Positions 13,271-25,425 of a DNA stretch of 64,000 nucleotides are shown here, one piece after another. The stretch comes from Octopus vulgaris. Taxonomy: Eukaryota. Below the pieces are notes generated by a model. It saw only the letters and a program-made list of their open reading frames with translations, did not search any database and was not told where the DNA came from. Made by a program: the position numbers and the translations under genes. Where the stretch lies: positions 110,794,001-110,858,000 of the forward strand of contig OX597817.1 of NCBI GenBank assembly GCA_951406725.2, given 5' to 3'. Numbering within the stretch: the first letter of the stretch is position 1; each line of letters begins with the position of its first letter.

Positions 13271-13830
13271 TAATCAAAATCTTCAACTAGTCATTCTAAC
13301 ACTACCAAATACCCCAAATTACAAAACTACATAGAATAACATATCTAAAAACCTAATATACACCCAACTAAAACATCGTCAAAATAACCCATCTTTCTAT
13401 TCCGATATACATCTTAAAAAAAAAAATCTTATGATTCATCTTAACTGCAACAACCTGTACACATCACTCTACAACTCACATAGATTCAATGCAGTATACA
13501 CAATCACCATGCTGTTCATAAAACTCACACTATAAATGTCAGTTTCAACAACTCCCCTCCCTACAAACTATTATTGACATCAGTAAAAATTTTTGACACC
13601 ATTCCTTGCTTTCTACTCGTAGACAAAATACTAAACTTCATTTTCAGAAGCAGCACAAAAAATCCTGACTGGTAAACTATTCTTAGATGTCAAATCAACA
13701 CAAGTTATATTGAAAACATACTAAGAGTTTGTAATGTCCTAAACAGTATATCAAGGTCTTGTCTTTTCTTCCTCTACTTTTGATTGATACCTATACAACC
13801 TGTCTACACCTCTACAAAATAATTGCAGAC

Positions 13831-13915
13831 AGTGCTGCTCGTTGCCAGTGCTGCTCGTTGCCAGTGCTGCTCGTTGCCAGTGCTGCTGGACTCGTTGCCA
13901 GCGCCGCTGGACTGG
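13831..13915 (+). repeat. 16-bp tandem repeat (AGTGCTGCTCGTTGCC x3 plus two extended variants) at the 5' junction of an RTE-type insertion
   Basis: Units at 13831-13846, 13847-13862 and 13863-13878, followed by longer variants. Confidence 0.9.
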
Positions 13916-14172
13916 GTCCTGTGCAGGTGGCACATAAAAAGCACCATTTGAATGTGGCCGTTGCTAATACTGCCTGACTGGCCCTCGTGCCGGTGGCACG
14001 TAAAAGCACCCACTACACTCTTGGAGTGGTTGGCGTTAGGAAGGGCATCAAGCTGTAGAAACCCTGCCAGATCAGATTGGAGTCTGGTGCAGCCATCTGG
14101 TTCGCCAGTCCTCAATCAAATCATCCAACCCATGCTAGCATGGAAAGCAGAGGTTAAACGATGATGATGATG
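13890..14172 (+). mobile_element. RTE-type LINE 3' end (family C) with ~60-bp internal subrepeats and a (GAT)n tail
   Basis: GGTGGCAC(A/G)TAAAA(A)GCACC x2, GAGTGGTTGGCGTTAGGAAGGGCATC, and AACCCATGCTAGCATGGAAAGC..GTTAAACGATGATGATG. Same family as 46057 and 59325. Confidence 0.85.
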
Positions 14173-14372
14173 AGCATCACAGTTATAACTTTCCACAGAC
14201 TCCTGAAGCAGCTGCACAACTTCTCCAAAGCTTACATGAGCCATCTAGAAACCTGGAGTCTAACTGGCTGAAAGCAACACCAATGAAGTCTATTACCTCC
14301 CTTGTTCTCAGAACATCAAATACAATCGTCTACCACACTCAGCAACATAAATATACAACAAATGCATTAGAC

Positions 14373-14610
14373 CAGGGATTCTCAACTGGGGTCCATATAA
14401 GATTTTGTTGTTAAAATTTATCTGCTATAAATTGGTTATTCTTCTACAATACACAAAATAATTTTACAGTTTTTTTTTTTATTCAGTTCTGAATAATATT
14501 TAATTATAAAAATATATTATGATTTGTTAAACATAGAATGGCTATGGGGGTACATCCAAGTAAAATAGGAATCAAAGGGGTCTATAGATAAAAATGATTG
14601 AGAAACATAA
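14373..14610. mobile_element. hAT-type MITE
   Basis: Left end CAGGGATTCTCAAC and decayed right end ATTGAGAAAC. 8-bp TSD CATTAGAC at 14365-14372 and 14611-14618. Confidence 0.8.
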
Positions 14611-15756
14611 CATTAGACAAAAACACTTGGAGCTATATGCAACATATCTGCAGTGTTGACACCATAAATAGAAAACAGGAGACATTAAAGAATGCAAAAC
14701 AATGATAAAGACACTAAGACTACACATAGCATTTGGCCAACACACACACACACACAAAAAAAAAAGGCAACTCTAAAATATAAATAGTATGGTAGAATTG
14801 TCATGGATTATGTCAATCTGGCTTAGTCTCCCAACACTGCTAAAAGATATCACAAGAGACTGCAAACATTGCAAAATAGCATGCATGGCATTATTACAGG
14901 CTGCATACAGACCACCCACAAATTATGCAAACTGTCACCTTGCATCCTGTATTCAAATACTTGAAGCATAATATATCTGGTTCTGATCTATGTATTCACA
15001 CACTCATGCACATGTACATTCATACATTCACACACACACACACCAGTGTGTAAATGCATGTAGCTTCATGATCATAAGACACAAAGAAATATAGTAGACA
15101 TATATCCAGTTGACCCTAGTATAGAACTGAGATCACATTTGAGATGTAAATCTTGATTTGTTGTCATTCATTTATCATATTATGTTTGCGTTTTGGGAAA
15201 GTAATTTGTAAGTAGTGTTTGTTTTTTCCCTGGAAATTTACCAAAATTACAAAAATTGTTCTCCTTACATTTTCAGAAAAATTGTATTGAATTATATTGA
15301 TCATAATGATGATAAAAATGCTTCACAACTATGCACCAATCTTAGTCTAAAATAGTCCGGAAATTGATGTTGAAACATCAACTTTTGCAAGAAAATTGTC
15401 TTTCTTAAGGAGTGATGACGATTAGGGATCAGTTTGCTTATATATAACATAACAATTGATTTCTTTTTATTTGCCATAACATTATACATTTTCAACTATT
15501 GTATTGACCCACTATATATATACTGCATCTTATTTTGTTGCTGATTAGTCTGATATTAGTTTCAGATTAAACAACAATGCAAGTTGTGACTAGACATCAT
15601 TTTTCAGGTATTGTGTATCTAGGTCTGCTTTATTAAATGCACCCTAGCCTCTAGACAACTCTGTTTGAGGAAACCTATCTATGATCATAGATTTTTCCAG
15701 CTCCAACAGGCTTTTATTCTTTTCAGGCATTATGTGTCTTAAGATATTATTCAATA

Positions 15757-15935
15757 TTGTTGTTTAACCTCAAGTCAGCTCTGGTCCAGCAGACCTATGA
15801 TCAAAGACATTCCAGCTGTGATTATCCTTTTGTATACTCGGGGCTACATTACCTAATATGCCTTTTCCTTTTTTAATATGGTAAGGTGTGATTTGAGAGT
15901 TTAAGAATGACCACATAGAGGCTCTGTTGGTTCAA
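15757..15935 (-). mobile_element. SINE family D
   Basis: TTGTTGTTTAACCTCAAGTCAGCTCTGGTCCAGCAGACCTATGATCAAAGACATTCCAG ... GGTGTGATTTGAG ... GAGGCTCTGTTGGT. Confidence 0.75.
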
Positions 15936-16884
15936 GAGTAAACTGACTAATTATGAGAGGTGTAGCAAAATAGTTTCGCCTGGGAATTAAAAAGCCACTA
16001 ATGCCTTATCCATTAAGATAACAGTAATGATGATGATATTAATAAAAAGAAAATATTATTAGGAAGGTTCCTTTAGCAAAATATGCTTGCTTTTGGTGCT
16101 GTAGTAAAAAATTATACTTTGTTTTAATAACAGAAAGTTTGGAATTTTCCAGAGATTTCCTACTCACACTCTACCAAAGTGAAGATTAAAAGGTGGCATT
16201 AAATCATTTATAATTGGAGATATCTTTTGCTTTCTTTCATCCCCTCTCTTTCAGCCTCTTCTTCCTTTTTCCATCAACTGTCTTGTGTGAAGATATGGAT
16301 TACTCATCTTTGGCACAAGGCCATGAATTGATAAGGAAGACATGTTGTCCATTGCAGGAAAAGTAAATTCCCTGATGGGATTTGAACATAAAATAGAGAG
16401 ATACAAAACTTCATAGTAAAATGCAATTATCCCATCTAATCACATTACTGGTTCTGTATCTCCACTGTATGAAGACAAGAATTCTGAAGATATCAAATGC
16501 AGTACTACTGAATGTAGAGGTTTCTAATCTAAATTATATTGTAAAACTATAAACTTCACACTAATTATTAAAGCTAACTTAGGAATAGATCTAATCAACA
16601 AACACTGATTAAAAAATACTTGCACATCAAGCAGCATTCACCATCTGCAGATGAAAGGTGGAAGAGAAGGTTTAATAAATTATTGTGTAAGATATATAAG
16701 AAATGATACCTAACATTTGGTTTATGTCTGATGGTATATTACATCAGGTTTAAAGAAGTTATTTATAAGAGTATTTTATATATTATTTAGTTGCTTGTAT
16801 CACCTCTCTTTTAGGAAAGAATTTCAAGGAAAAAAAATTGGCATGTACACTATATAAAATATTGTACTAGTTTATACATAATAG

Positions 16885-17045
16885 TAGAATTATCTTTATT
16901 ATCATTCTCTCCATTGTCATTCTCGTCATCATTTTCATCATCAATATCATCATTAATATCATCAGAATCTCCACAATTATGATTATCATCACCACTACCA
17001 ATACTGTTATTACTACCATAATTATCATAATCAGCATTCTTATTA
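16885..17045. repeat. Degenerate (ATC/ATT)n trinucleotide tract
   Basis: Runs of ATC/ATT/ACC triplets. This explains the Met/Ile-rich ORF 16867-17145. Confidence 0.8.
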
Positions 17046-17302
17046 TGTTCAGTTGAGGAGATAACAAGGGTTTTTTTTCTTTCATGACTGAAAATTCTGT
17101 CTGCAATAAACCCTGGAAACTTCTCTTGTCAGACACTAGTGACAATAAAATTAGTAGTAAGCTGGTGTAAGTTCAATTCCTACAGTTACCTAAAATGCAT
17201 TTATTCCCATCTGGTGGTGGTGGTGGCTGCCGCTGCCGCTGCCCTTGTGTTTCTGCCCTTGTGCCAAAATTTGAAAGCATTATTATGATTATTATTATTA
17301 TA

Positions 17303-17533
17303 AAGGTGGTGAGCTAGCAGATTTGTTAGCATGCCAGGCAAAATGCTTAGCAGTATTTTGCCTGACACTACATTGTGAGTTCAAATTCCACTGAGGTTGA
17401 CTTTACCTTTCATCGTTTTGGGGTTGATAAATTAAGTACCAGTAAAGCACTGAGGTTGATGTTATCAACTAGTTCCCCCCCATCCCCCCAAATTTCAGGC
17501 TTCATACCTTTAGTAAAAAGGATTATTATTATT
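17303..17533 (+). mobile_element. Full-length SINE A in a head-to-tail cluster (relic tail at ~17255-17300, further decayed copies to ~17850)
   Basis: AAGGTGGTGAGCTAGCAGA ... GAGTTCAAATTCCACTGAGGTTGACTTTACCTTTCATCG ... GATAAATTAAGTACCAG ... (ATT)n. Confidence 0.85.
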
Positions 17534-18017
17534 GTTATCATTATTGAGTAAAAAAATATGGATTGACAAAATTGTTAGAGCAGTTGGGAAAATGATTGTG
17601 GTATTTAATATAGCACTTTATATCCTGTGTTAAAATTCCACTAATATCAACTTGACTCTTCAGTTTTCTTGAGTTGATAAAATAAAATACTAGTCAAGTA
17701 CTTGGGTCGATTCTTTATGTTCTGGTTTCAAATTCTACCAAGGGCAAGTTTGGGATCAGTAAAATGAATATTGGTCAAAGTACTGGGGTGGATTTGAGCA
17801 ACTCCCTCCAAATGCTAGACCATATGCCTATGTCAGAAACAGTTATTATTGTGGAAGAGAAACAATGCTCATGTTGTTAGAGATGGTCACATCAATTACA
17901 GTATTTAGTTTGTTGCTTTATATTTCCAAACATAAAACCTTTTGGTTGAGTTATTATTTTCAGTATCTTACTGGTAATCTTTTAATAGCTTATGCTTCTC
18001 TTATGGGAAATCACTGT

Positions 18018-18232
18018 TTCTAATTTAAGCACAATGCCAGCAATTTTGAGGGTAAAGGATTACTTAATTACACTGACCCCAGTAATTGCTTGGTAGTTAA
18101 TTTTACTGACTCCAGAAAGATGAAAAGTAAAGTTGACTTTGGCAGGATTTGAACTTGGGATGTAATGAGTCTAAACAAATACTTCAAAGCATTGTTTCTA
18201 GAAGCCTAAATGATTCTTCTACTCCACTGCTC
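18018..18232 (-). mobile_element. Degenerate SINE A
   Basis: TGACCCCAGTA...GATGAAAAGTAAAGTTGACTTTGGCAGGATTTGAACT is the reverse complement of the A core. Confidence 0.7.
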
Positions 18233-18246
18233 TGAGGAAATTGATA

Positions 18247-18463
18247 CAAGGGGGTGCTGAAAAGTTCCTGGCTTTGAGTAAAAGAAAATGCAGGAAGATT
18301 AGTTAATTATGATTTTATCTAACATATTCCCCTCTCAGATTCACACACTTATTGCAGTGGTCCTTCAGTTTTTCTAAGCCCTATATAAGAACTCAGAAGA
18401 TTTGACTTCCAACCAGGCCTTTCGTGATATTCTTAAGACCAGGAACTTTTCAGCACCCTCTCA
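18247..18463 (-). mobile_element. mariner-derived MITE retaining the transposase C-terminus
   Basis: TA on both flanks. ~25-bp TIRs (CAAGGGGGTGCTGAAAAGTTCCTGG / CCAGGAACTTTTCAGCACCCTCTCA). The minus strand reads GLEKLKDHCNKCVNLRGEYVR*, like mariner C-termini (G..KL..RW.KC....G.Y). Confidence 0.85.
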
Positions 18464-19769
18464 TATCCTTATTAAAGTGATAAAAGAAATTTAATATTTT
18501 ATATTTGTCTTTTTTTTCCTTATGTTAAAATTAGTATTTTCATTTTGTTTTTCATTTTAAATTAGAAAGAAATAATCTTAATGATTAAACTCTTAATGAC
18601 ATTTTTGTCAATAGAAATTTATTAAGAAATAAACATATAAATAAAAATTAAAACACTTCATTAGAATTAGCTGTTCATTTACTGTGTGATAATTTGTTGT
18701 TGATTCCCTCAATAAGTTTGAATTTTTTAAAGGATTTCAGCATTCGAGATTGATTGATTAAATCGATTTATGAAAATCAGATATTAGTCAGAATTTGAAT
18801 GTAAGTTTGAAATTGCTTCAACCAAAAGTGAAAAGGATTAAATTGGTAGAGTTTAACACTGAAAAATAAAAATATATAAATAGAAAATATTGATAATAAT
18901 AATAATAAAAAAACACATTTGGTCAATGAAAATAAAAAGAAATTAACTTTCAACAAATAACAGTCAAAGTAAATTGTAAAATAAGACCTACCATGTCAGT
19001 GTAATTTTGTAAATAATTAGTGCTAATTGACTACATCAGAAGGAAAAAAAAATGTAAATAAAAACATTTAATTGATATTTTTTTTTACTTCTAAAGAATA
19101 TTAAACTAAAAAACAGGAAGTTCAGATTATTATTCATTAAAATTGCTGACTTTCTCCTCCTCTTTTTTACTTTTAATCCAGAAGGAAAAAAAAACTGGAA
19201 AAAAAATATAAAAATGGAAGCAAATTAAAATATTCAATACAAGTTGAGATATAATGGCTAAATTTTTACATATCTGATGTTTTGGACTATATTATTTTGA
19301 GGGCCTTTTGAGAACACGACAATACACCTAATGCTAGTGCCATAATAAAATGCACCCTGTCTAATTTGTGTAGTGGTTAGTGTAACAAAGGGCACCTAGC
19401 TTAAAAACCAAGTTAGAAATGTAACATACAAGTGAGGCATGATGTCTTCTGTGGTCTATAGGAGAGCAGTAGACCTTAATAAACTATTCACCCCTTACTA
19501 GCAGGGAAAGTGAAAGTAAAGTTGCTGTTAGTGTTTTCTTCTTCATACTTGGTTGAGAAAGGTTTCAGTATAGTACAACTCTTAGCTAAACACTAAATTA
19601 CTAATATGTAAAGGAGAAAACTGGAGCTTCTGATTCTCAAATATTAAACTTGATATTTTCAAATGAACAAAATCTCATCATGTACAATGCAGCTTTTTGT
19701 AACTTTTCAATTATTATGCTTAGTTTTTGCAATGTAATGATTCCTTAAATTATTTCACATTTGATTATT

Positions 19770-20007
19770 TTAATTCATTAGCATTCAGATTACTCTTTCA
19801 AATGTAATGCCTATTTATTCACATTATTTTTAATTAATCCTTCACTAGTTCATAGCATCATGATTTCAATGCTGTGATTGATTTTTTTATAGTTTTAGAG
19901 TGACATTGTAAGGTAGGTGTGAGAGGCCAGATCTGGCCAGTTTGAATAAAAAATAAGCAGATAATATTTGGGTTGGATATGACTAGTTTAAATGCTATAG
20001 AGCTAAA
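19770..20007. mobile_element. piggyBac-like MITE, inverted relative of 28797-29019
   Basis: The ends resemble TTAA(CCC)TTAGCATTCAGA / TTTAAATGCTA..G.TAA. Internal GACATTGTAAGGTAGGTGTGAGAG is the reverse complement of 28874-28897. Confidence 0.65.
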
Positions 20008-20378
20008 GATAACCAAAACACTGATACGTTTGATTCTTTAACATCAATAAAGCTAATGATATTTTTAAAACTTAAATTATATATAACGTTCTTTGTTCTA
20101 AACATCTTTATTTGCATGTCCCTATCCAGGACCTCTTGATTGCAAAGCAAACTTTTTATTCATCTATACTATATCCAAATGAGGGAGAGGTATAGTTGAT
20201 TGAATTGAACCAGTATGTTACTGGTATTCATTTTATTGTGTTTGCAGGTATGAAAGGTTTTAATTTCTGGGCTGGATTTACATGTAGTAAAGCTGATGCT
20301 ATTTTCCTATTTTTTTTCTTTTTTTCTTTTAACAAAACTGATTTAACATGATAAAAAGAGAAAAAAAAAGACACTTAC

Positions 20379-20398
20379 CTTTGGAATAATCACCAAAG
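20379..20398 (-). other. Candidate 20-nt microexon (CTTTGGTGATTATTCCAAAG)
   Basis: Minus strand: tatttattttactttatccatttcag|CTTTGGTGATTATTCCAAAG|gtaagtgtctttt. Strong acceptor and consensus donor, not inside a recognised repeat. Confidence 0.4.
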
Positions 20399-20642
20399 CT
20401 GAAATGGATAAAGTAAAATAAATATTTATGCCGCAAAAATAAATCTGTCATTGGTTTGAGAGTATTTGACTTCATTACTTTATCTGAAACTATTCAAAAC
20501 TAATTCCAGAAAATTTCTATTTGTTGGAAAAAGCTATAGTATGATGATAAGTACTGTGCACAGTAATTTATTACTGATGATGCTTATATGTGTGCGCGCG
20601 TGGCAACTAACATTATCATTTTTATGAATAGTAATGTTCTTT

Positions 20643-20833
20643 TATCTATCTGCCTGTCTATCTGTATCTATCTATATATCTATCTATCTGTATATCTATA
20701 TATCTATCTATATATATGTATATATGTATATATCTATACATATATATATCTATATCTATATATATCTATATCTATCTATATATATATATATCTATCTATC
20801 TATATATATATATATATATATGTATGTATATAT
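20643..20833. repeat. (TATC)n/(TA)n compound microsatellite
   Basis: Directly visible. Confidence 0.95.
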
Positions 20834-20977
20834 AGTGTTTGTGTGCAAGCATGGCTCTGTGAATACCAAGCTTACTTTGTAACTTCAGGTTCTATGCCAC
20901 TGTATAGCACCATGAGCAAGCTTTAGGCCAACCAATGCTTTAGGATTAGAATTAGTAGATAAAAACTGTATGGAAGC

Positions 20978-21015
<38 letters not shown>

Positions 21016-22127
21016 ACGCATGTGTGGACATCCTTGCACAAATGTGGACATTCCATGTTTTGCAAGCAATGTCTGAGCAAAAATGATGAGGTAATGTTTG
21101 GATTTTCTGTAAACAATGGGTTTGTTTTTAAAGACCAGTGGTATATAAAATCCTTTAGTATTAGTATTAATGCACACTATTAATATTATTAGAAAAGTGA
21201 AGAAAATCTGTTTTGCCCATTGTTTATGTCTGGTGGACAAGTGATGAAAATATCTGACATCTTTTGATTTCTTAAGAAATTAGGAATTATACACCACATC
21301 CAGTAGAGAACTCGGCAAAATGTATGTTCATGTGTCTGCATGTAATGAGTAGAATTTATATTAAAAAATGACTGTTGTTGGATTTTTTTTTTTTTTTTTT
21401 AATAAAAAAGAAAGAAAAAAATATTTGTACTTGGAGAAAAAAAGAGGGTGGAACCAAATCGGCCAGATGTCTTCCATTTGTACATGAGGCTTTCTTCTCT
21501 TATCTATCTTTAAGATACAAGTTTGTTTATGTGTGATGTTTAGCCCATGGTATATTCTGTGTTCTTAGGAATGTTTGTATCAGATTCCAAGATTAGAGAT
21601 AGTGTGTATGTTTAACAATCAAAGGATGGTTTTCAACCATCAATACATGTGTTTCAGATAAGCAAGTCACTAAAGAATGGCAAGGATACTTTTATGCTAA
21701 TGGTATTGAGTATTACAAAAGCGTGTTTATGGGAGAAAGAAGAGCAAGTACTAGCTGTTAATGGAACAAGTTTTATGTTGCATCTCTGAGTAAATTTCTA
21801 TTTTTAATTGACCTTCAGTGCTGCATTGGGATATTTTGAATAAAAAAATGTCAATCTAAAAAGCCTCAAATAGCTCTGATACTAATCAATGGAAAGTTCT
21901 CGTCCTGTTTTTTAAAAAGAAATTATTTTATTTAGTTTGTCACTTTTTCATCACTCTACCATCACACCTCAATCACTCTATTTCTCTTGTTATACTCTTG
22001 CTCCAATCACCCTGGCCCTGCTATTACCACTATCTCTTCTATTCAGCTAGTCTTGGTCATACATCCTCAAACAAACTGAGATTTCACAGAGTTGGGAGGA
22101 CCCTTAAGACTTGTTGAGCAGATGGCA

Positions 22128-22332
22128 CTCTTTCTCTAGTGTTGGCACTATGATAAAATATATCTGTTTCTCTCTGTAAAATTGTTGGTGTTAAGAAGAG
22201 CATCTACTCATAGAAAGTTTGTCAATATTTGGAAAATGTATGAGTGACATGTGTTCCTCTCCATAAGAACTGACTTGAACCTTCCAGCCCACACTTGCAT
22301 GGAAGCAGATGTAAAATGATGTGATGATGATA
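22128..22332 (+). mobile_element. Degenerate RTE-type 3' end (family C)
   Basis: GTTGGTGTTAAGAAGAGCATCT ... CCCACACTTGCATGGAAGCAGATGTAAAATGATGTGATGATG. Confidence 0.55.
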
Positions 22333-22589
22333 AATGTATGAATATATATAGTTAGGTAGATAGGATAGGTATGTCGCTCAAGCATAAATAGATGTATATG
22401 TACAAGAAAGAGAGAAGTCTCTGAATTAGTTTTGGCTCTGGTCTCTGCTCATAAAATGTCTTTAAAATACATCTAGTATTTACATTTTTATTTGGCTGCT
22501 GTATTTAGTTAAACTTACATTTATGTAATAATCAGGTCAACTTGTTAATGATATATTAGTTATTGGATTATTTTTGTGATCTCAGTATA

Positions 22590-23022
22590 TAGAAGATTAA
22601 AAAGTTTGCTTCCCAACCACTTGGTTTTGGGTTCAGTCCCACTGCATGGCACATTGTGCAAGTGCCTTCTATTATAGCCCCAGGCTTAGGACTATAGTAG
22701 ACAGTTTGTTATAAGTGTGTGTGTGTATGTGCATGTGTTCATGTGTTAGTTAGAGTGTGCTTGTAATTTTTCAGTTGTCATGTGCATGCTCATTAGTTGT
22801 AAACAAAAATTGCATGTTTTGTTGTCTTTTGTTTCCAGATATCCATGTAGACATGTCTGAGTTGTTTGTTCAATAGGCTGGAAAATTATTACCTCACTTG
22901 GAAACCAGTGAGGTTTGGTGATAGGAAGAGCATCTGGCTATAGAAAACTCTGCTCCATCATACTCTTGTCTGACCCATGCAGTCATGGAAAAGTAGACAT
23001 TAAAACGACAAGGATGATGATT
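22590..23022 (+). mobile_element. SINE family B (tail ii)
   Basis: TTGCTTCCCAACCAC..GGGTTCAGTCCCACTGCATGGCAC, a TG tract, and GACCCATGCAGTCATGGAAAAGTAGACATTAAA. Confidence 0.75.
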
Positions 23023-23024
23023 TA

Positions 23025-23058
<34 letters not shown>

Positions 23059-24234
23059 CATGCATGCATGCATCCATTCATTCATCCATCCATCCATCTA
23101 TCCATGCATGCATACATTAATTAATTAATTCTGAATGAGGAATATTTCATATTGTATATTTTTACATTGAAAGAAAGTATAGTAAGAGAAGTGCCTTAGT
23201 GTCTTCGTAAGAATAGATTTTCTGTCTGTTTTCTATACATTTGTAATTTCTGTAGTTTAAAGTGCATCTCACATAGCTATGCTATATCCACTGTGTATCA
23301 GCCCTTGCTGAATCAGCATTCTGCTGATGGATGTCCAATAATAACGATATTCTGATTGGATATATTTGTTGGACTACAACTATTATCATGCTGTGATATT
23401 TTTGTTTCCTTTATATTTCCATACATTAAAATTCTACTACATTATGATGCCTTTCGTTTTATTAGCAACAAGAATACTTCAAAAGATTTGGTTTTTGATA
23501 AAAAAAAATATGCATGTTATATTTAAGAAAGCCTTTCAGGATTGTACATGTATATGTGTGTGCAAGTTGCTCTCTCTCTCTCTTTATATATATATATACA
23601 TATATAATATACACATGTCTGTGTGTAGGTAGTGTATTTTGATTTATTATAACCTTTTTTGAAATTTGACTTTTAAAATGAGGCTTATTTGATAAATTGA
23701 AGAGTTATCTTTTAGATCTTTCCATTTTTCTATATCTATATTTCATTATTTTAGATCAAACATTATATCATCATGCCTTTTGATGGTCTACATGTTGTAT
23801 GGACAGGAAAACAACAGAAGCAGTATAATTGGATAATAGAATTTTGGGGAAAAACATTCAAAGATGTGTTTGATGCTATTGAACACCTTTTTTCTTTTCT
23901 TTTTCTTTTTTTCTTCAATGAGTGAAGTAACAACACAGTATTATATTGATTTCCAATCACTATGTGGTTCTGACTTGCTGACTAGAACAAAAATTATTTT
24001 TGGCTACATCAACAGGGTGAAATAATTTAGGCAAATATGAATGATTGTATAGGTTTTGCTTACCAAATAATACTCAGTTGAGTCTGTGTAACATTTGTAA
24101 GTATAGAATTAATGACCTGTTGAATGAATGATATTCATGGTGATGGCAACAACAACTATGGCTATAAAAAATAAGACTATACTGTCTTTCCTTGGGTTTT
24201 CTCACCACACACACACACACACACACACACACCT

Positions 24235-24648
24235 TAGGTACAAGCATGGCTATGTGATTAAAAAGCTTGTTTCCCAACCATGTAGGTTCAGGTTCAGTCA
24301 TCTGCATTGTACCTTGGGCAAGTATCTGCTAATGGAAACCCAGATTGACTAAAGTTGTATGAGCAGATTTTAAAGATGGAAACTGAAAGAAGCCCATTGT
24401 ATATGTGTGCATTGTCCTGACATCATATAGTTGTTGTACATGAATGTCACTGTCATACAAGGGCTGTTCATTTCCAAGCATCTGTGGGAAACATGCCTAG
24501 CCACTGGTGTGATGAAATATTACCTTCATGGAAAACAGGCAAGGATTAGCAACGGGAAGGACATCTGGCCGTAGAAAATCTGCCTCAATTAGTTCTATCT
24601 AACCCATGCAAGTATGGAAGAATGGACATTGAAATGATGATGATGATA
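24235..24648 (+). mobile_element. SINE family B (tail ii)
   Basis: GGCTATGTG..AAGCTTGTTTCCCAACCA, ACCTTGGGCAAGT, GGAAACTGAAAGAAGCCC, and the tail AACCCATGCAAGTATGGAAGAATGGACATTGAAATGATGATG. Confidence 0.8.
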
Positions 24649-25129
24649 ATATATATATATATATATATATGTATAATCTAAAGATTTTTTTTAGATAATT
24701 TAATGAAAAATGATCTAACAATTCTGATAACAGTTTGGCTTGAATACAAATTCTTTAGGTGCACACTCATGAACACATGCCTATACATACTCACAGGTTT
24801 ACACACACCCACATATGCATAAATAGTTACTACCATATGGTGGGATTGTATCAAATCCAAACAGGTTGATAAGTGACTAACTAGCAGACTTAACTAAACT
24901 AATCTAGTTTGGAATGGTTAAACATCTCTTTCCTCCTACATACTCAGTCCATAGCTGCAAGTGCAGTAGAAAGCATATGACTGTAATCCATGCATAAAAT
25001 CTAAAATCGTTTCAACTTTGCAGGAGCAGTTTAACCTAGTAGAAATAACAGCCAATATGCTGTTCCCTTGTGTTTGTTTTTCTGTCTCTCCTTACTCTAT
25101 TGTTAGAACAATGATCTCTTTATCTGAAT

Positions 25130-25425
25130 TAGTTAGTTACATAGTATATCTAACCAAGCTCAACTTACATTCTTTTCTCTCCTCCATTTGCCACTCCAGC
25201 TGTGTCTTATTATCCATGTTGTGTACTAACCACTATGCTGACTCTTTCCTTCCTATAATGTCAACTTTCAAGAATTCATTCCTTGCCCATATGCTTTCTC
25301 CAGGCATCAACTAACAGATGTTGAAGCTGAACATAAACTGCATTGATCTCTCTAGTGTTGGAAGATATGTGAAGCACATTGATACAACTATTTGCATTTG
25401 ACTATGTCTTACAAGAACAAATAAT
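25130..25425 (+). mobile_element. Old CR1/L2-like LINE 3' fragment
   Basis: The ORF 25018-25314 segment TNHYADSFLPIMSTFKNSFLAHM resembles the LINE C-terminal motif Y..SFFPRT...WNSLP. Confidence 0.4.

Larger units (their letters stand above)
13290..14970 (+). pseudogene. Fossil non-LTR retrotransposon reverse transcriptase (I/Jockey-group-like), disrupted by two later insertions
   Basis: Degenerate RT motifs occur in the correct order: SHRF (~13477, cf. QHGFR), IDISK/FDTIP (~13573-13605, cf. DISKAFD), a decayed QG..LS region (~13750), ITVI after 14173 (cf. YADDIT), and KTLG (~14620). YK*YGRIVMDYVNLA*SP...LQTLQNSMHGIITGC (~14779-14905) resembles YK.FIRP.LEYA..AWSP...LQ..QN.ALR.ITG. Many stops and frameshifts. 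Confidence 0.75.

Noticed and set aside
13831-13915. Short direct repeats as a possible CRISPR array
   Set aside because: The repeats are contiguous without unique spacers, the context is eukaryotic, and there are no cas genes.
20588-20926. 112-aa hydrophobic ORF
   Set aside because: Translation of a (TATC)/(TA) microsatellite.
23755-23920. Open frame after an acceptor (IKHYIIMPFDGLHVVWTG...)
   Set aside because: No recognisable family and no clear donor; it runs into a T-rich tract.
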